Below are positions 7,974-17,269 of a stretch of DNA of 21,490 nt, in pieces; position 1 is the stretch's first letter, and every line of letters starts with the position of its first letter. The position numbers and the translations under genes were made by a program. The notes beneath the pieces are model-generated. The model had not been told where the DNA came from and searched no databases. It saw only the letters and a program-made list of their open reading frames with translations. Location: the IMG/VR virus record IMGVR_UViG_2711768030_000006; one strand, written 5' to 3'. The stretch is from a virus. Lineage: Duplodnaviria > Heunggongvirae > Uroviricota > Caudoviricetes.

Positions 7974-8525
7974 ATGAGTATAGAAATGGATCCACTCGTT
8001 ATTCTCGGACGAGTGTTCAGTAATGAACCTCTGGAGAGAACCATGTATATGATCGTTATCTGGGTTGGACTTCTGCTTTTAAGCCCAGATAACTGGCCTG
8101 AATATGTTAATGAGAGAATCGGTATTCCTCATGTGTGGCATGTTTTCGTCTTTGCTCTTGCATTTTCGCTAGCAATTAATGTGCATCGATTATCAGCTAT
8201 TGCCAGCGCCAGATATAAGCGATTTAAGCTAAGAAAACGCATTAAGATGCAAAACGATAAAGTGCGATCAGTAATTCAAAACCTTACAGAAGAGCAATCT
8301 ATGGTTTTGTGCGCAGCCCTTAATGAAGGCAGGAAGTATGTGGTTACATCAAAACAATTCCCATACATTAGTGAGTTGATTGAGCTTGGTGTGTTGAACA
8401 AAACTTTTTCCCGATGGAACGGGAAGCATATATTATTCCCTATTGAGGATATTTACTGGACTGAATTAGTTGCCAGCTATGATCCATATAATATTGAGAT
8501 AAAGCCAAGGCCAATATCTAAGTAA
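7974..8525 (+). CDS. sieB: SieB superinfection-exclusion protein B (membrane protein); ATG at 7974, possible TTG at 7971
   Basis: ORF with hydrophobic N-terminal half (MYMIVIWVGLLLLS..., HVFVFALAFSLAI) at the lambda sieB position, converging on N. Confidence 0.8.
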   Translation: MSIEMDPLVILGRVFSNEPLERTMYMIVIWVGLLLLSPDNWPEYVNERIGIPHVWHVFVFALAFSLAINVHRLSAIASARYKRFKLRKRIKMQNDKVRSVIQNLTEEQSMVLCAALNEGRKYVVTSKQFPYISELIELGVLNKTFSRWNGKHILFPIEDIYWTELVASYDPYNIEIKPRPISK

Positions 8526-8849
8526 CTAGGTAAGAGGAATCGATTTTCCCTTAATTTTCTGGCGTCCACTGCATGTTATGCCGCGTTCGCCAGGCTTGCT
8601 GTACCATGTGCGCTGATTCTTGCGCTCAATACGTTGCAGGTTGCTTTCAATCTGTTCGTGGTATTCAGCCAGCACCGTAAGGTCTATCGGATTCAGTGCG
8701 CTTTCTACTCGTGATTTCGGTTTGCGATTCAGCGAGAGAATAGGGCGGTTAACTGGTTTTGCGCTTACCCCAACCAACAGGGGATTTGCTGCTTTCCATT
8801 GAGCCTGTTTCTCTGCGCGACGTTCGCGGCGGCGTGTTTGTGCATCCAT
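8526..8849 (-). CDS. N: N antitermination protein, 107 aa
   Basis: MDAQTRRRERRAEKQAQWKAANPLLVGVSAKPVNRPILSLNRKPKSRVESALNPIDLTVLAEYHEQIESNLQRIERKNQRTWYSKPGERGITCSGRQKIKGKSIPL matches lambda N; arginine-rich N-terminal motif. Confidence 0.93.
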   Translation of the reverse strand: MDAQTRRRERRAEKQAQWKAANPLLVGVSAKPVNRPILSLNRKPKSRVESALNPIDLTVLAEYHEQIESNLQRIERKNQRTWYSKPGERGITCSGRQKIKGKSIPLT

Positions 8850-8995
8850 CTGGATTCTCTTGTCAGTTAGCTTTGGTGGTGTGTGTGAGTCGTAGTCCTG
8901 AACGAAAACACCCCACGATTGGCTCATTTGCAGCTAATCCGGATTCGCACTTCCGGCCAATGCTTCGTTTCGTATCACACACCCCAAAGCCTTCT

Positions 8996-9040
8996 GCTTT
9001 GAATGCTGCCCTTCTTCAGGGCTTAATTTTTAAGAGCATC
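8996..9040 (-). promoter_or_regulatory. nutL (boxA plus boxB GCCCTGAAGAAGGGC on minus strand)
   Basis: Reverse complement of 9008-9022 is GCCCTGAAGAAGGGC, the lambda nutL boxB hairpin; boxA-like TGCTCTTA on minus strand just upstream. Confidence 0.8.
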
Positions 9041-9083
9041 ACCTTCAATGGTGGTCAGTGCGTCCTGCTGATGGCTTAAAATT

Positions 9084-9151
9084 ACAAGAAAGATTGTATG
9101 TTGTAAACAAGAAATATTGTAAAAAGGGACATGAAAAACAAACTCCATTGT
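9084..9151 (-). promoter_or_regulatory. OL operators and pL of phage-434 type
   Basis: Three 14-bp ACAA-N6-TTGT operator-like sites: acaagaaagattgt (9084-9097), acaagaaatattgt (9107-9120), acaaactccattgt (9138-9151). Confidence 0.7.
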
Positions 9152-9201
9152 TTTTAAACGGAAAATAGTTTGTTTTTTGGTTATCGAGATTGAGGTGGGG
9201 A

Positions 9202-10556
<1,355 letters not shown>

Positions 10557-10564
10557 GACATTCC

Positions 10565-10596
10565 CGCTCTTACACATCCCAGCCCTGAAAAAGGGC
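10565..10596 (+). promoter_or_regulatory. nutR (boxA CGCTCTTAC, boxB GCCCTGAAAAAGGGC)
   Basis: boxA at 10565-10573 and boxB hairpin at 10582-10596, identical to the lambda nutR motifs. Confidence 0.85.
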
Positions 10597-10620
10597 ATCA
10601 AATTAAACCACACCTATGGT

Positions 10621-10640
10621 GTATGCATTTATTTGCATAC
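10621..10640 (+). promoter_or_regulatory. tR1 region hairpin (gtatgca / tgcatac)
   Basis: 7-bp inverted repeat between nutR and cII, as in the lambda cro-cII interval. Confidence 0.4.
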
Positions 10641-10675
10641 ATTCAATCAATTGTTATCTAAGGAAATACTTACAT

Positions 10676-10969
10676 ATGGTTCGTGCAAACAAACGCAACG
10701 AGGCTCTACGAATCGAGAGTGCGTTGCTTAACAAAATCGCAATGCTTGGAACTGAGAAGACAGCGGAAGCTGTGGGCGTTGATAAGTCGCAGATCAGCAG
10801 GTGGAAGAGGGACTGGATTCCAAAGTTCTCAATGCTGCTTGCTGTTCTTGAATGGGGTGTCGTTGACGACGACATGGCTCGATTGGCACGACAAGTTGCT
10901 TCGATTCTCACCAATAAAAAACGCCCGGCGGCAACCGAGCGTTCTGAACAAATCCAGATGGAATTCTGA
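10676..10969 (+). CDS. cII: CII transcriptional activator, 97 aa
   Basis: MVRANKRNEALRIESALLNKIAMLGTEKTAEAVGVDKSQISRWKRDWIPKFSMLLAVLEWGVVDDDMARLARQVA matches lambda CII; AAGGAAAT Shine-Dalgarno. Confidence 0.93.
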   Translation: MVRANKRNEALRIESALLNKIAMLGTEKTAEAVGVDKSQISRWKRDWIPKFSMLLAVLEWGVVDDDMARLARQVASILTNKKRPAATERSEQIQMEF

Positions 10970-11001
10970 GGTCATTACTGGATCTATCAACAGGAGTCAT
11001 T

Positions 11002-11901
11002 ATGACAAATACAGCAAAAATACTCAACTTCGGCCGAGGTAACTTTGCCGGACAGGAGCGTAATGTGGCAGATCTCGATGATGGTTACGCCAGACTATCA
11101 AATATGCTGCTTGAGGCTTATTCAGGCGCAGATCTGACCAAGCGACAGTTTAAAGTGCTGCTTGCCATTCTGCGTAAAACCTATGGGTGGAATAAACCAA
11201 TGGACAGAATCACCGATTCTCAACTTAGCGAGATTACAAAGTTACCTGTCAAACGGTGCAATGAAGCCAAGTTAGAACTCGTCAGAATGAATATTATCAA
11301 GCAGCAAGGCGGCATGTTTGGACCAAATAAAAACATCTCAGAATGGTGTATCCCTCAAAACGAGGGAAAATCCCCTAAAACGAGGGATAAAACATCCCTC
11401 AAATTGGGGGATTGCTATCCCTCAAAACAGGGGGACACAAAAGACACTATTACAAAAGAAAAAAGAAAAGATTATTCGTTCGAGAATTCTGGCGAATCCT
11501 CTGACCAGCCAGAAAATGATCTTTCTGTGGTTAAACCGGATGCTGCAATTCAGAGCGGCAGCAAGTGGGGGACAGCAGAAGACCTGACCGCCGCAGAGTG
11601 GATGTTTGACATGGTGAAGACTATCGCACCATCAGCCAGAAAACCGAATTTTGCTGGGTGGGCTAACGATATCCGTCTGATGCGTGAACGTGACGGACGT
11701 AACCATCGCGACATGTGTGTACTGTTCCGCTGGGCATGCCAGGACAACTTCTGGTCCGGTAACGTGCTTAGCCCGGCCAAACTCCGCGACAAGTGGACCC
11801 AGCTCGAAATCAACCGTAACAAGCAACAGGCAGTCGTGACAGCCAGCAAACCAAAACTGGACCTGACAAACACAGACTGGATTTACGGGGTGGATCTATG
11901 A
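11002..11901 (+). CDS. O: O replication initiator, 299 aa
   Basis: Full-length match to lambda O (MTNTAKILNFGRGNFAGQERNVADLDDGYARLSNMLLEAYSGADLTKRQFKVLLAILRKTYGWNKPMDRITDSQL...). Confidence 0.95.
   Translation: MTNTAKILNFGRGNFAGQERNVADLDDGYARLSNMLLEAYSGADLTKRQFKVLLAILRKTYGWNKPMDRITDSQLSEITKLPVKRCNEAKLELVRMNIIKQQGGMFGPNKNISEWCIPQNEGKSPKTRDKTSLKLGDCYPSKQGDTKDTITKEKRKDYSFENSGESSDQPENDLSVVKPDAAIQSGSKWGTAEDLTAAEWMFDMVKTIAPSARKPNFAGWANDIRLMRERDGRNHRDMCVLFRWACQDNFWSGNVLSPAKLRDKWTQLEINRNKQQAVVTASKPKLDLTNTDWIYGVDL
11350..11475 (+). repeat. ori-lambda: four 18-19-bp iterons plus adjacent AT-rich unwinding region inside O
   Basis: Iterons tatccctcaaaacgaggga (11350-11368), tcccctaaaacgagggat (11371-11388), atccctcaaattggggga (11394-11411), tatccctcaaaacaggggga (11416-11435), then A-rich tract aagacactattacaaaagaaaaaagaaaag. 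Confidence 0.9.
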
Positions 11902-12599
11902 AAAACATCGCCGCACAGATGGTTAACTTTGACCGTGAGCAGATGCGTCGGATCGCCAACAACATGCCGGAACAGTACGACGAAAAGCCGCAGGTACAGC
12001 AGGTAGCGCAGATCATCAACGGTGTGTTCAGCCAGTTACTGGCAACTTTCCCGGCGAGCCTGGCTAACCGTGACCAGAACGAAGTGAACGAAATCCGTCG
12101 CCAGTGGGTTCTGGCTTTTCGGGAAAACGGGATCACCACGATGGAACAGGTTAACGCAGGAATGCGCGTAGCCCGTCGGCAGAATCGACCATTTCTGCCA
12201 TCACCCGGGCAGTTTGTTGCATGGTGCCGGGAAGAAGCATCCGTTACCGCCGGACTGCCAAACGTCAGCGAGCTGGTTGATATGGTTTACGAGTATTGCC
12301 GGAAGCGAGGCCTGTATCCGGATGCGGAGTCTTATCCGTGGAAATCAAACGCGCACTACTGGCTGGTTACCAACCTGTATCAGAACATGCGGGCCAATGC
12401 GCTTACTGATGCGGAATTACGCCGTAAGGCCGCAGATGAGCTTGTCCATATGACTGCGAGAATTAACCGTGGTGAGGCGATCCCTGAACCAGTAAAACAA
12501 CTTCCTGTCATGGGCGGTAGACCTCTAAATCGTGCACAGGCTCTGGCGAAGATCGCAGAAATCAAAGCTAAGTTCGGACTGAAAGGAGCAAGTGTATGA
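11898..12599 (+). CDS. P: P replication protein (DnaB helicase loader), 233 aa
   Basis: Full-length match to lambda P; ATGA overlap with O stop. Confidence 0.95.
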   Translation: MKNIAAQMVNFDREQMRRIANNMPEQYDEKPQVQQVAQIINGVFSQLLATFPASLANRDQNEVNEIRRQWVLAFRENGITTMEQVNAGMRVARRQNRPFLPSPGQFVAWCREEASVTAGLPNVSELVDMVYEYCRKRGLYPDAESYPWKSNAHYWLVTNLYQNMRANALTDAELRRKAADELVHMTARINRGEAIPEPVKQLPVMGGRPLNRAQALAKIAEIKAKFGLKGASV

Positions 12600-12886
12600 C
12601 GGGCAAAGAGGCAATTATTCATTACCTGGGGACGCATAATAGCTTCTGTGCGCCGGACGTTGCCGCGCTAACAGGCGCAACAGTAACCAGCATAAATCAG
12701 GCCGCGGCTAAAATGGCACGGGCAGGTCTTCTGGTTATCGAAGGTAAGGTCTGGCGAACGGTGTATTACCGGTTTGCTACCAGGGAAGAACGGGAAGGAA
12801 AGATGAGCACGAACCTGGTTTTTAAGGAGTGTCGCCAGAGTGCCGCGATGAAACGGGTATTGGCGGTATATGGAGTTAAAAGATGA
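12596..12886 (+). CDS. ren: Ren (confers resistance to Rex exclusion), 96 aa
   Basis: MTGKEAIIHYLGTHNSFCAPDVAALTGATVTSINQAAAKMARAGLLVIEGKVWRTVYYRFATREEREGKMSTNLVFKE matches lambda Ren. Confidence 0.9.
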   Translation: MTGKEAIIHYLGTHNSFCAPDVAALTGATVTSINQAAAKMARAGLLVIEGKVWRTVYYRFATREEREGKMSTNLVFKECRQSAAMKRVLAVYGVKR

Positions 12887-12911
12887 CCATCTACATTACT
12901 GAGCTAATAAC

Positions 12912-12943
12912 AGGCCTGCTGGTAATCGCAGGCCTTTTTATTT
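12912..12943 (+). terminator. tR2 intrinsic terminator
   Basis: 8-bp stem aggcctgc (12912-12919) / gcaggcct (12928-12935), then TTTTTATTT. Confidence 0.75.
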
Positions 12944-12959
12944 GGGGGAGAGGGAAGTC

Positions 12960-13400
12960 ATGAAAAAACTAACCTTTGAAATTCGATCTCCAGCACATCA
13001 GCAAAACGCTATTCACGCAGTACAGCAAATCCTTCCAGACCCAACCAAACCAATCGTAGTAACCATTCAGGAACGCAACCGCAGCTTAGACCAAAACAGG
13101 AAGCTATGGGCCTGCTTAGGTGACGTCTCTCGTCAGGTTGAATGGCATGGTCGCTGGCTGGATGCAGAAAGCTGGAAGTGTGTGTTTACCGCAGCATTAA
13201 AGCAGCAGGACGTTGTTCCTAACCTTGCCGGGAATGGCTTTGTGGTAATAGGCCAGTCAACCAGCAGGATGCGTGTAAGCGAATTTGCGGAGTTATTAGA
13301 GCTTATACAGGCATTCGGTACAGAGCGTGGCGTTAAGTGGTCAGACGAAGCGCGACTGGCTCTGGAGTGGAAAGCAAGATGGGGAGACAGGGCGGCATGA
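12960..13400 (+). CDS. ninB: NinB (Orf recombination-mediator family), 146 aa
   Basis: [84 protein letters not shown] matches lambda NinB. Confidence 0.9.
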   Translation: MKKLTFEIRSPAHQQNAIHAVQQILPDPTKPIVVTIQERNRSLDQNRKLWACLGDVSRQVEWHGRWLDAESWKCVFTAALKQQDVVPNLAGNGFVVIGQSTSRMRVSEFAELLELIQAFGTERGVKWSDEARLALEWKARWGDRAA

Positions 13401-13573
13401 GGCGACAGCGACGAAGTTTCACCGACATCATCTGCGAAAACTGCAAATACCTTCCAACGAAGCGCTCCAGAAATAAACGCAAGCCAATCCCAAAAGAATC
13501 TGACGTAAAAACCTTCAATTACACAGCTCACCTGTGGGATATCCGGTGGCTAAGATATCGTGCGAGGAAATGA
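13397..13573 (+). CDS. NinD-like small basic protein, 58 aa
   Basis: ATG at 13397 overlaps the ninB stop (ATGA); [58 protein letters not shown]; no NinC-sized ORF present. Confidence 0.55.
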   Translation: MRRQRRSFTDIICENCKYLPTKRSRNKRKPIPKESDVKTFNYTAHLWDIRWLRYRARK

Positions 13574-13917
13574 CAATGGATTATTCACAGTTAAGTGATT
13601 TTGAAATTAACAGAATGGTAGGAGACATAATTTTTAAAGGCCTTTGGGCAAGTAAACCGGAAACATCAGGGAATAACACCAACAAATGGTATTACGGAAA
13701 TGCTGATACAACTTTTGAGCCATTAAATCATTTGCCTGACTACTGCAATGATCCGAGCGCTTCATGGCCGATTATTGAGAAATACAGGATTTCTATCTTA
13801 GACCAGTTAACTGAATGGTGTGTGGATGCAAAAGGCGTAAGCCCAATATTTGATACCAGACCTCTCCGCGCCGCCATGATTGTCTTTCTCCTGATGCAGG
13901 AGGCCAATAATGCTTAG
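13570..13917 (+). CDS. Hypothetical lambdoid nin-region protein (DUF2591 / NinX-like), about 113-115 aa
   Basis: ATG at 13570 overlaps the preceding stop (ATGA); alternative ATG at 13576 has GAGGA at better spacing. Confidence 0.5.
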   Translation: MTMDYSQLSDFEINRMVGDIIFKGLWASKPETSGNNTNKWYYGNADTTFEPLNHLPDYCNDPSASWPIIEKYRISILDQLTEWCVDAKGVSPIFDTRPLRAAMIVFLLMQEANNA

Positions 13918-13998
13918 CCCATCTCAATCCCTTCAATACCTGAAAGGAAGCATAGAGCGGGCTTCAATGTGCACAGAGTGGATTCTATCTAGGTTTAG

Positions 13999-14127
13999 CG
14001 CATACAGAAGATTGCCGGTAAAGGGCATGCCAAGCAAGTCGATGCTGCATATGCAAAAGAATGCGCGCTGGAAGGTATGGCGAGAACACAGGTTATCTGG
14101 CTGAAAGAGGGGGTTATTAAGGCGTGA
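13999..14127 (+). pseudogene. Startless ORF fragment (...[37 protein letters not shown]) ending in a GTGA overlap with rusA; possible frameshifted or truncated nin-region gene
   Basis: 43 sense codons with no plausible start codon after the upstream stops at 13990 and 13996; stop TGA 14125-14127 overlaps the rusA GTG; an overlapping 64-aa ORF (13910-14104) in another frame could be its displaced 5' part. Confidence 0.3.
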
Positions 14128-14486
14128 ATACCTACAGCATCACATTACCCTGGCCTCCGAGCAATAATCGCTATTACCGCCATAATCGCGGACGCACGCA
14201 CATCAGCGCAGAGGGGCAGGCATACCGCGATAACGTCGCCCGAATCATTAAAAACGCAATGCTAGATATCGGCCTGGCTATGCCTGTGAAAATCCGCATT
14301 GAGTGCCACATGCCGGATCGCCGTCGCCGTGACCTGGATAATCTGCAAAAAGCCGCTTTTGACGCACTCACTAAAGCAGGTTTCTGGCTGGATGATGCTC
14401 AGGTCGTTGATTACCGCGTTGTGAAGATGCCTGTTACCAAAGGTGGGAGGCTGGAACTGACCATCACCGAAATGGGGAATGAATGA
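14124..14486 (+). CDS. rusA: RusA Holliday-junction resolvase, 120 aa
   Basis: [25 protein letters not shown]...[31 protein letters not shown] matches E. coli/DLP12 RusA; GTG start. Confidence 0.93.
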   Translation: MNTYSITLPWPPSNNRYYRHNRGRTHISAEGQAYRDNVARIIKNAMLDIGLAMPVKIRIECHMPDRRRRDLDNLQKAAFDALTKAGFWLDDAQVVDYRVVKMPVTKGGRLELTITEMGNE

Positions 14487-14623
14487 TGTTTGAGTTTAAT
14501 ATGGCAGAACTTCTTCGCCACCGCTGGGGGCGTCTGCGCTTATATCGTTTCCCCGGTTCTGTTTTGACCGATTACCGAATACTGAAGAATTACGCCAAAA
14601 CACTGACAGGAGCAGGAGTATGA
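14483..14623 (+). CDS. ylcG: YlcG-like small protein, 46 aa
   Basis: Hand-translated [46 protein letters not shown]; overlaps the rusA stop; sits between rusA and Q as in DLP12. Confidence 0.6.
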   Translation: MMFEFNMAELLRHRWGRLRLYRFPGSVLTDYRILKNYAKTLTGAGV

Positions 14624-14708
14624 AGTCAGAGATAACAATCAACTAATACTGTTTTGTTGATTTTTGCTTGTAATTGGCGTTCTGGTCTGAGTTTTGTGGA
14701 GTAAGTTG

Positions 14709-15086
14709 ATGCGTGATATTCAGATGGTTCTTGAGCGTTGGGGAGCGTGGGCGGCTAATAATCATGAAGATGTGACCTGGTCGTCCATTGCCGCCGGTTT
14801 TAAGGGATTAATTCCTTCAAAAGTAAAATCTCGCCCACAATGTTGTGACGATGACGCGATGATCATTTGCGGGTGCATGGCCCGTCTGAAAAAGAACAAC
14901 AGCGATTTGCATGATTTATTGGTGGACTATTATGTCGGCGGCATGACTTTTATGGCGCTTGCACGTAAGCATGGGCGATCTGATTGTTGGGTTGGCAGGA
15001 TGCTTCAGAAAGCTGAGGGCGTAGTGGAGGGTATGCTGATGGTGTTGGATCTCCGATTGGAGATGGATGCTGATTGTTCGAAATAA
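14709..15086 (+). CDS. Late-gene antiterminator Q, short phage-82/DLP12 QuuD type, 125 aa
   Basis: Cys-rich zinc-binding-like motif ([16 protein letters not shown]); GGAG Shine-Dalgarno 7 nt before ATG; position immediately upstream of a terminator and the late region. Confidence 0.75.
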   Translation: MRDIQMVLERWGAWAANNHEDVTWSSIAAGFKGLIPSKVKSRPQCCDDDAMIICGCMARLKKNNSDLHDLLVDYYVGGMTFMALARKHGRSDCWVGRMLQKAEGVVEGMLMVLDLRLEMDADCSK

Positions 15087-15184
15087 TTAAAGGAAAAGTT
15101 GCTGTCTGATTGTCATTAGTCTAACATTTTAAATGTTGGAATCGCAACGTAGTTATTATCATATAACAGCTTGTTTCCTGATTT
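15087..15184 (+). promoter_or_regulatory. Candidate late promoter pR' and Q-utilisation region
   Basis: AT-rich interval between Q stop and the tR'-like terminator; the hexamers could not be placed reliably. Confidence 0.35.
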
Positions 15185-15213
15185 AGCCAGCCTCCCCAAA
15201 GGCTGGTTTTTTT
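15185..15213 (+). terminator. tR'-like intrinsic terminator
   Basis: Stem ccagcct (15187-15193) / aggctgg (15200-15206) followed by TTTTTTT. Confidence 0.8.
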
Positions 15214-15241
15214 CTAATAAGTATTATTTCGGGTAGGGATT

Positions 15242-15766
15242 TTATTGTTTAACCCATAATAATTCATTGACATTGAATCCCAACTTTTGAGCGGTTCGCA
15301 CATAGTCTGCTTTTACTTTATCTGGAATAGTTGGGGTCCTTGCCAGAATCCATAGGTATTCTCTGTTCGGACCACTGACAAGAGCATACTTATACTCATC
15401 ATCCAGTTTGATTACATTATAGCCACCATAGAAGGGGCCAAAAAACGAAACCTTCAATGCTGCAGTTTTAGTATCTCCAGTAAAGTATGCTTTACCTTCG
15501 CTCTCGCTCCATTTATTTTTCGTTGGATCGTATCCACGGTTAAGTACACGAATCCCTCCGTCGTTCCGTTTTCCATAAGTAGCGCTGACCTGTTCCAGAC
15601 CACGTTCGAACCGGTTCTCGAGGCGAGCTATTTCATACCATTTTCCGAGGTAGCGGTTGGCGTCAAAATTTGTAATCGGCTGCACACCTTTAGGTGGTGT
15701 CGGGGCCTTACATGCTATAAGAGTGAAAGAGAGTGCAATGCCAGTCAACACAGGCCATAACTTCAT
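15242..15766 (-). CDS. Blc-like bacterial lipocalin, outer-membrane lipoprotein, 174 aa
   Basis: Lipoprotein signal with LIAC lipobox; lipocalin motifs NFDANRYLGKWYEIARLENRFERG and FTGDTKTAALKVSFFGPFYGGYNVIKLD closely resemble E. coli Blc; AGGA Shine-Dalgarno. Confidence 0.85.
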   Translation of the reverse strand: MKLWPVLTGIALSFTLIACKAPTPPKGVQPITNFDANRYLGKWYEIARLENRFERGLEQVSATYGKRNDGGIRVLNRGYDPTKNKWSESEGKAYFTGDTKTAALKVSFFGPFYGGYNVIKLDDEYKYALVSGPNREYLWILARTPTIPDKVKADYVRTAQKLGFNVNELLWVKQ

Positions 15767-15958
15767 AATAAATCCTGTACTTTTGATAGTTGAGAGTAAG
15801 TATGAAAGATAGATGATTACGACCGATCACTTAAAGAACTTTCATACTATATTAGGAATAGTCCATAACAGAAAAATTGTCAGTGATGACGCCAGAAAGG
15901 CAATTTATTCCGTGCACTACACAGTTTATGTGTTAATGAATTAGTCAAGGGGGAGAAT

Positions 15959-16918
15959 ATGATAAAAAAACCTGTGATTGGAATCAGCGGTTGTTTGGCC
16001 GGTTCTGCTGTTCGTTTTGATGGTGGTCACAAAAGAGCTGACTTTTTAATGGACAAATTAGTGGAATGGGTAACATTCAGACCAGTATGTCCGGAAATGG
16101 CTATAGGGCTGCCAGTTCCGCGTCCTGCTCTACGTCTTGTGCGCTCGACGCAAGGAAATATACGGATGTGTTTCAGCCACGACCAGAATGAGGATGTGAC
16201 AGAGAGAATGACAGAGTTTAGTCGTTCTTATATGGACAAATTAAAGGATGTATCGGGGTTTGTGGTTTGTGCTAAATCTCCCAGCTGTGGCATGGAGCGC
16301 GTGCGTGTCTATGATGAAAATGGTAATCGAGGTCGTAAAGATGGAGTGGGACTATTTACGAGCACTTTGATGGAAAAGTTTTCCTGGCTACCGGTTGAAG
16401 AGGATGGGCGATTACATGATCCAGTGCTTCGTGAGAATTTTGTTGAAAGAGTTTTTGCTTTGCATGAGCTCAATCACCTTTACAAGGAGAAATTATCAAG
16501 AAGAGAGTTATTAGCTTTTCATAGTCGTTATAAGCTTCAGTTGTTGGCGCATAGTCAGGCAGGCTATAAAGATATGGGACCATTTGTGGCTGCAATACAC
16601 GAGTGGGCGGACCTTGAATCATACTTTGAGGTGTATCGTGATAAGCTGATGGCGATTCTCAGAAAACCTGCATCACGTAAAAATCACACGAATGTGCTGA
16701 TGCATATACAGGGGTATTTTAGTAACTACTTAAGTACACGCCAGCGTAAAGAGTTGAGCGAGGTTATACTTAACTATCGTTCTGGCACATTACCTCTTCT
16801 TGCGCCGTTGACTCTGCTGAAGCATTATCTGGGTGAGTATCCTAATGATTACTTGCTTACACAGAATTACTTCGATCCCTATCCGGACGAACTGGCTCTA
16901 AGACTGATGGTAAATTAA
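15959..16918 (+). CDS. DUF523 (TudS-like, cysteine-rich putative Fe-S) fused to DUF1722 (YbgA-like) protein, 319 aa
   Basis: N-terminal half has Cys spacing GISGCLAG...PVCPE...CAKSPSCG typical of DUF523; C-terminal half resembles YbgA-type DUF1722; GGGGGAG Shine-Dalgarno. Confidence 0.7.
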   Translation: MIKKPVIGISGCLAGSAVRFDGGHKRADFLMDKLVEWVTFRPVCPEMAIGLPVPRPALRLVRSTQGNIRMCFSHDQNEDVTERMTEFSRSYMDKLKDVSGFVVCAKSPSCGMERVRVYDENGNRGRKDGVGLFTSTLMEKFSWLPVEEDGRLHDPVLRENFVERVFALHELNHLYKEKLSRRELLAFHSRYKLQLLAHSQAGYKDMGPFVAAIHEWADLESYFEVYRDKLMAILRKPASRKNHTNVLMHIQGYFSNYLSTRQRKELSEVILNYRSGTLPLLAPLTLLKHYLGEYPNDYLLTQNYFDPYPDELALRLMVN

Positions 16919-17269
16919 TTGTATGCGATATCATCCAAAAGGATGAGTTCCTGCATGCAGGATATTTACAATCGTAAAAACTACACTATGATACCCAGAG
17001 TGTCAGTTTGTATAAAAACTCTGTTTACGCTGAAGAAACAATTGAGATGCAACTTAAAGTTGGTAAACATGCCAGTCAAAATATATAATATTATGATTCC
17101 ACGCAGCTATATATAATATAACGGATTGGTTTAATAATTTGTCTTTGTGAGTTAAATACATAATTTTATACTTGTGATGCAATGAAATTTTCCTTATTGT
17201 TGAACTGGCGAATATTGATTTTCCACCTATACTTACCTGGTGTAACCCCAATGATATCAGGTGGATAAT

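Noticed and set aside
8620-9079. Plus-strand ORFs 8620-8802 and 8759-9079 opposite N and across nutL
   Set aside because: Antisense to N and running through the nutL/pL regulatory region; no support for coding
11318-12139. ORFs 11318-11587 (+), 11550-11873 (-), 11632-11826 (-), 11810-12139 (-) within O and P
   Set aside because: Alternative-frame or antisense ORFs inside the O and P genes; the 11318 ORF simply reads through the ori iterons
13133-13531. Minus-strand ORFs 13133-13531 and 13333-13518 antisense to ninB and the NinD-like gene
   Set aside because: Antisense to well-supported, translationally coupled plus-strand genes
13910-14104. 64-aa plus-strand ORF overlapping the startless fragment before rusA
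   Set aside because: Not accepted as an independent gene: basic, low-complexity translation and no ribosome-binding site. It may be the displaced 5' half of a frameshifted gene, so it is reported under the nin-region finding instead
15185-15213. tR' hairpin considered as the terminator of the minus-strand blc-like gene
   Set aside because: On the minus strand the hairpin is preceded, not followed, by the U-run, so it can only act as an intrinsic terminator for plus-strand transcription
16919-17251. 65-aa ORFs 16919-17116 (+) and 17054-17251 (-) in the AT-rich spacer upstream of the AraC-family gene
   Set aside because: Non-ATG start (plus-strand ORF) and extreme AT-richness with Ile/Lys/Tyr-dominated translations; more likely a regulatory leader than coding
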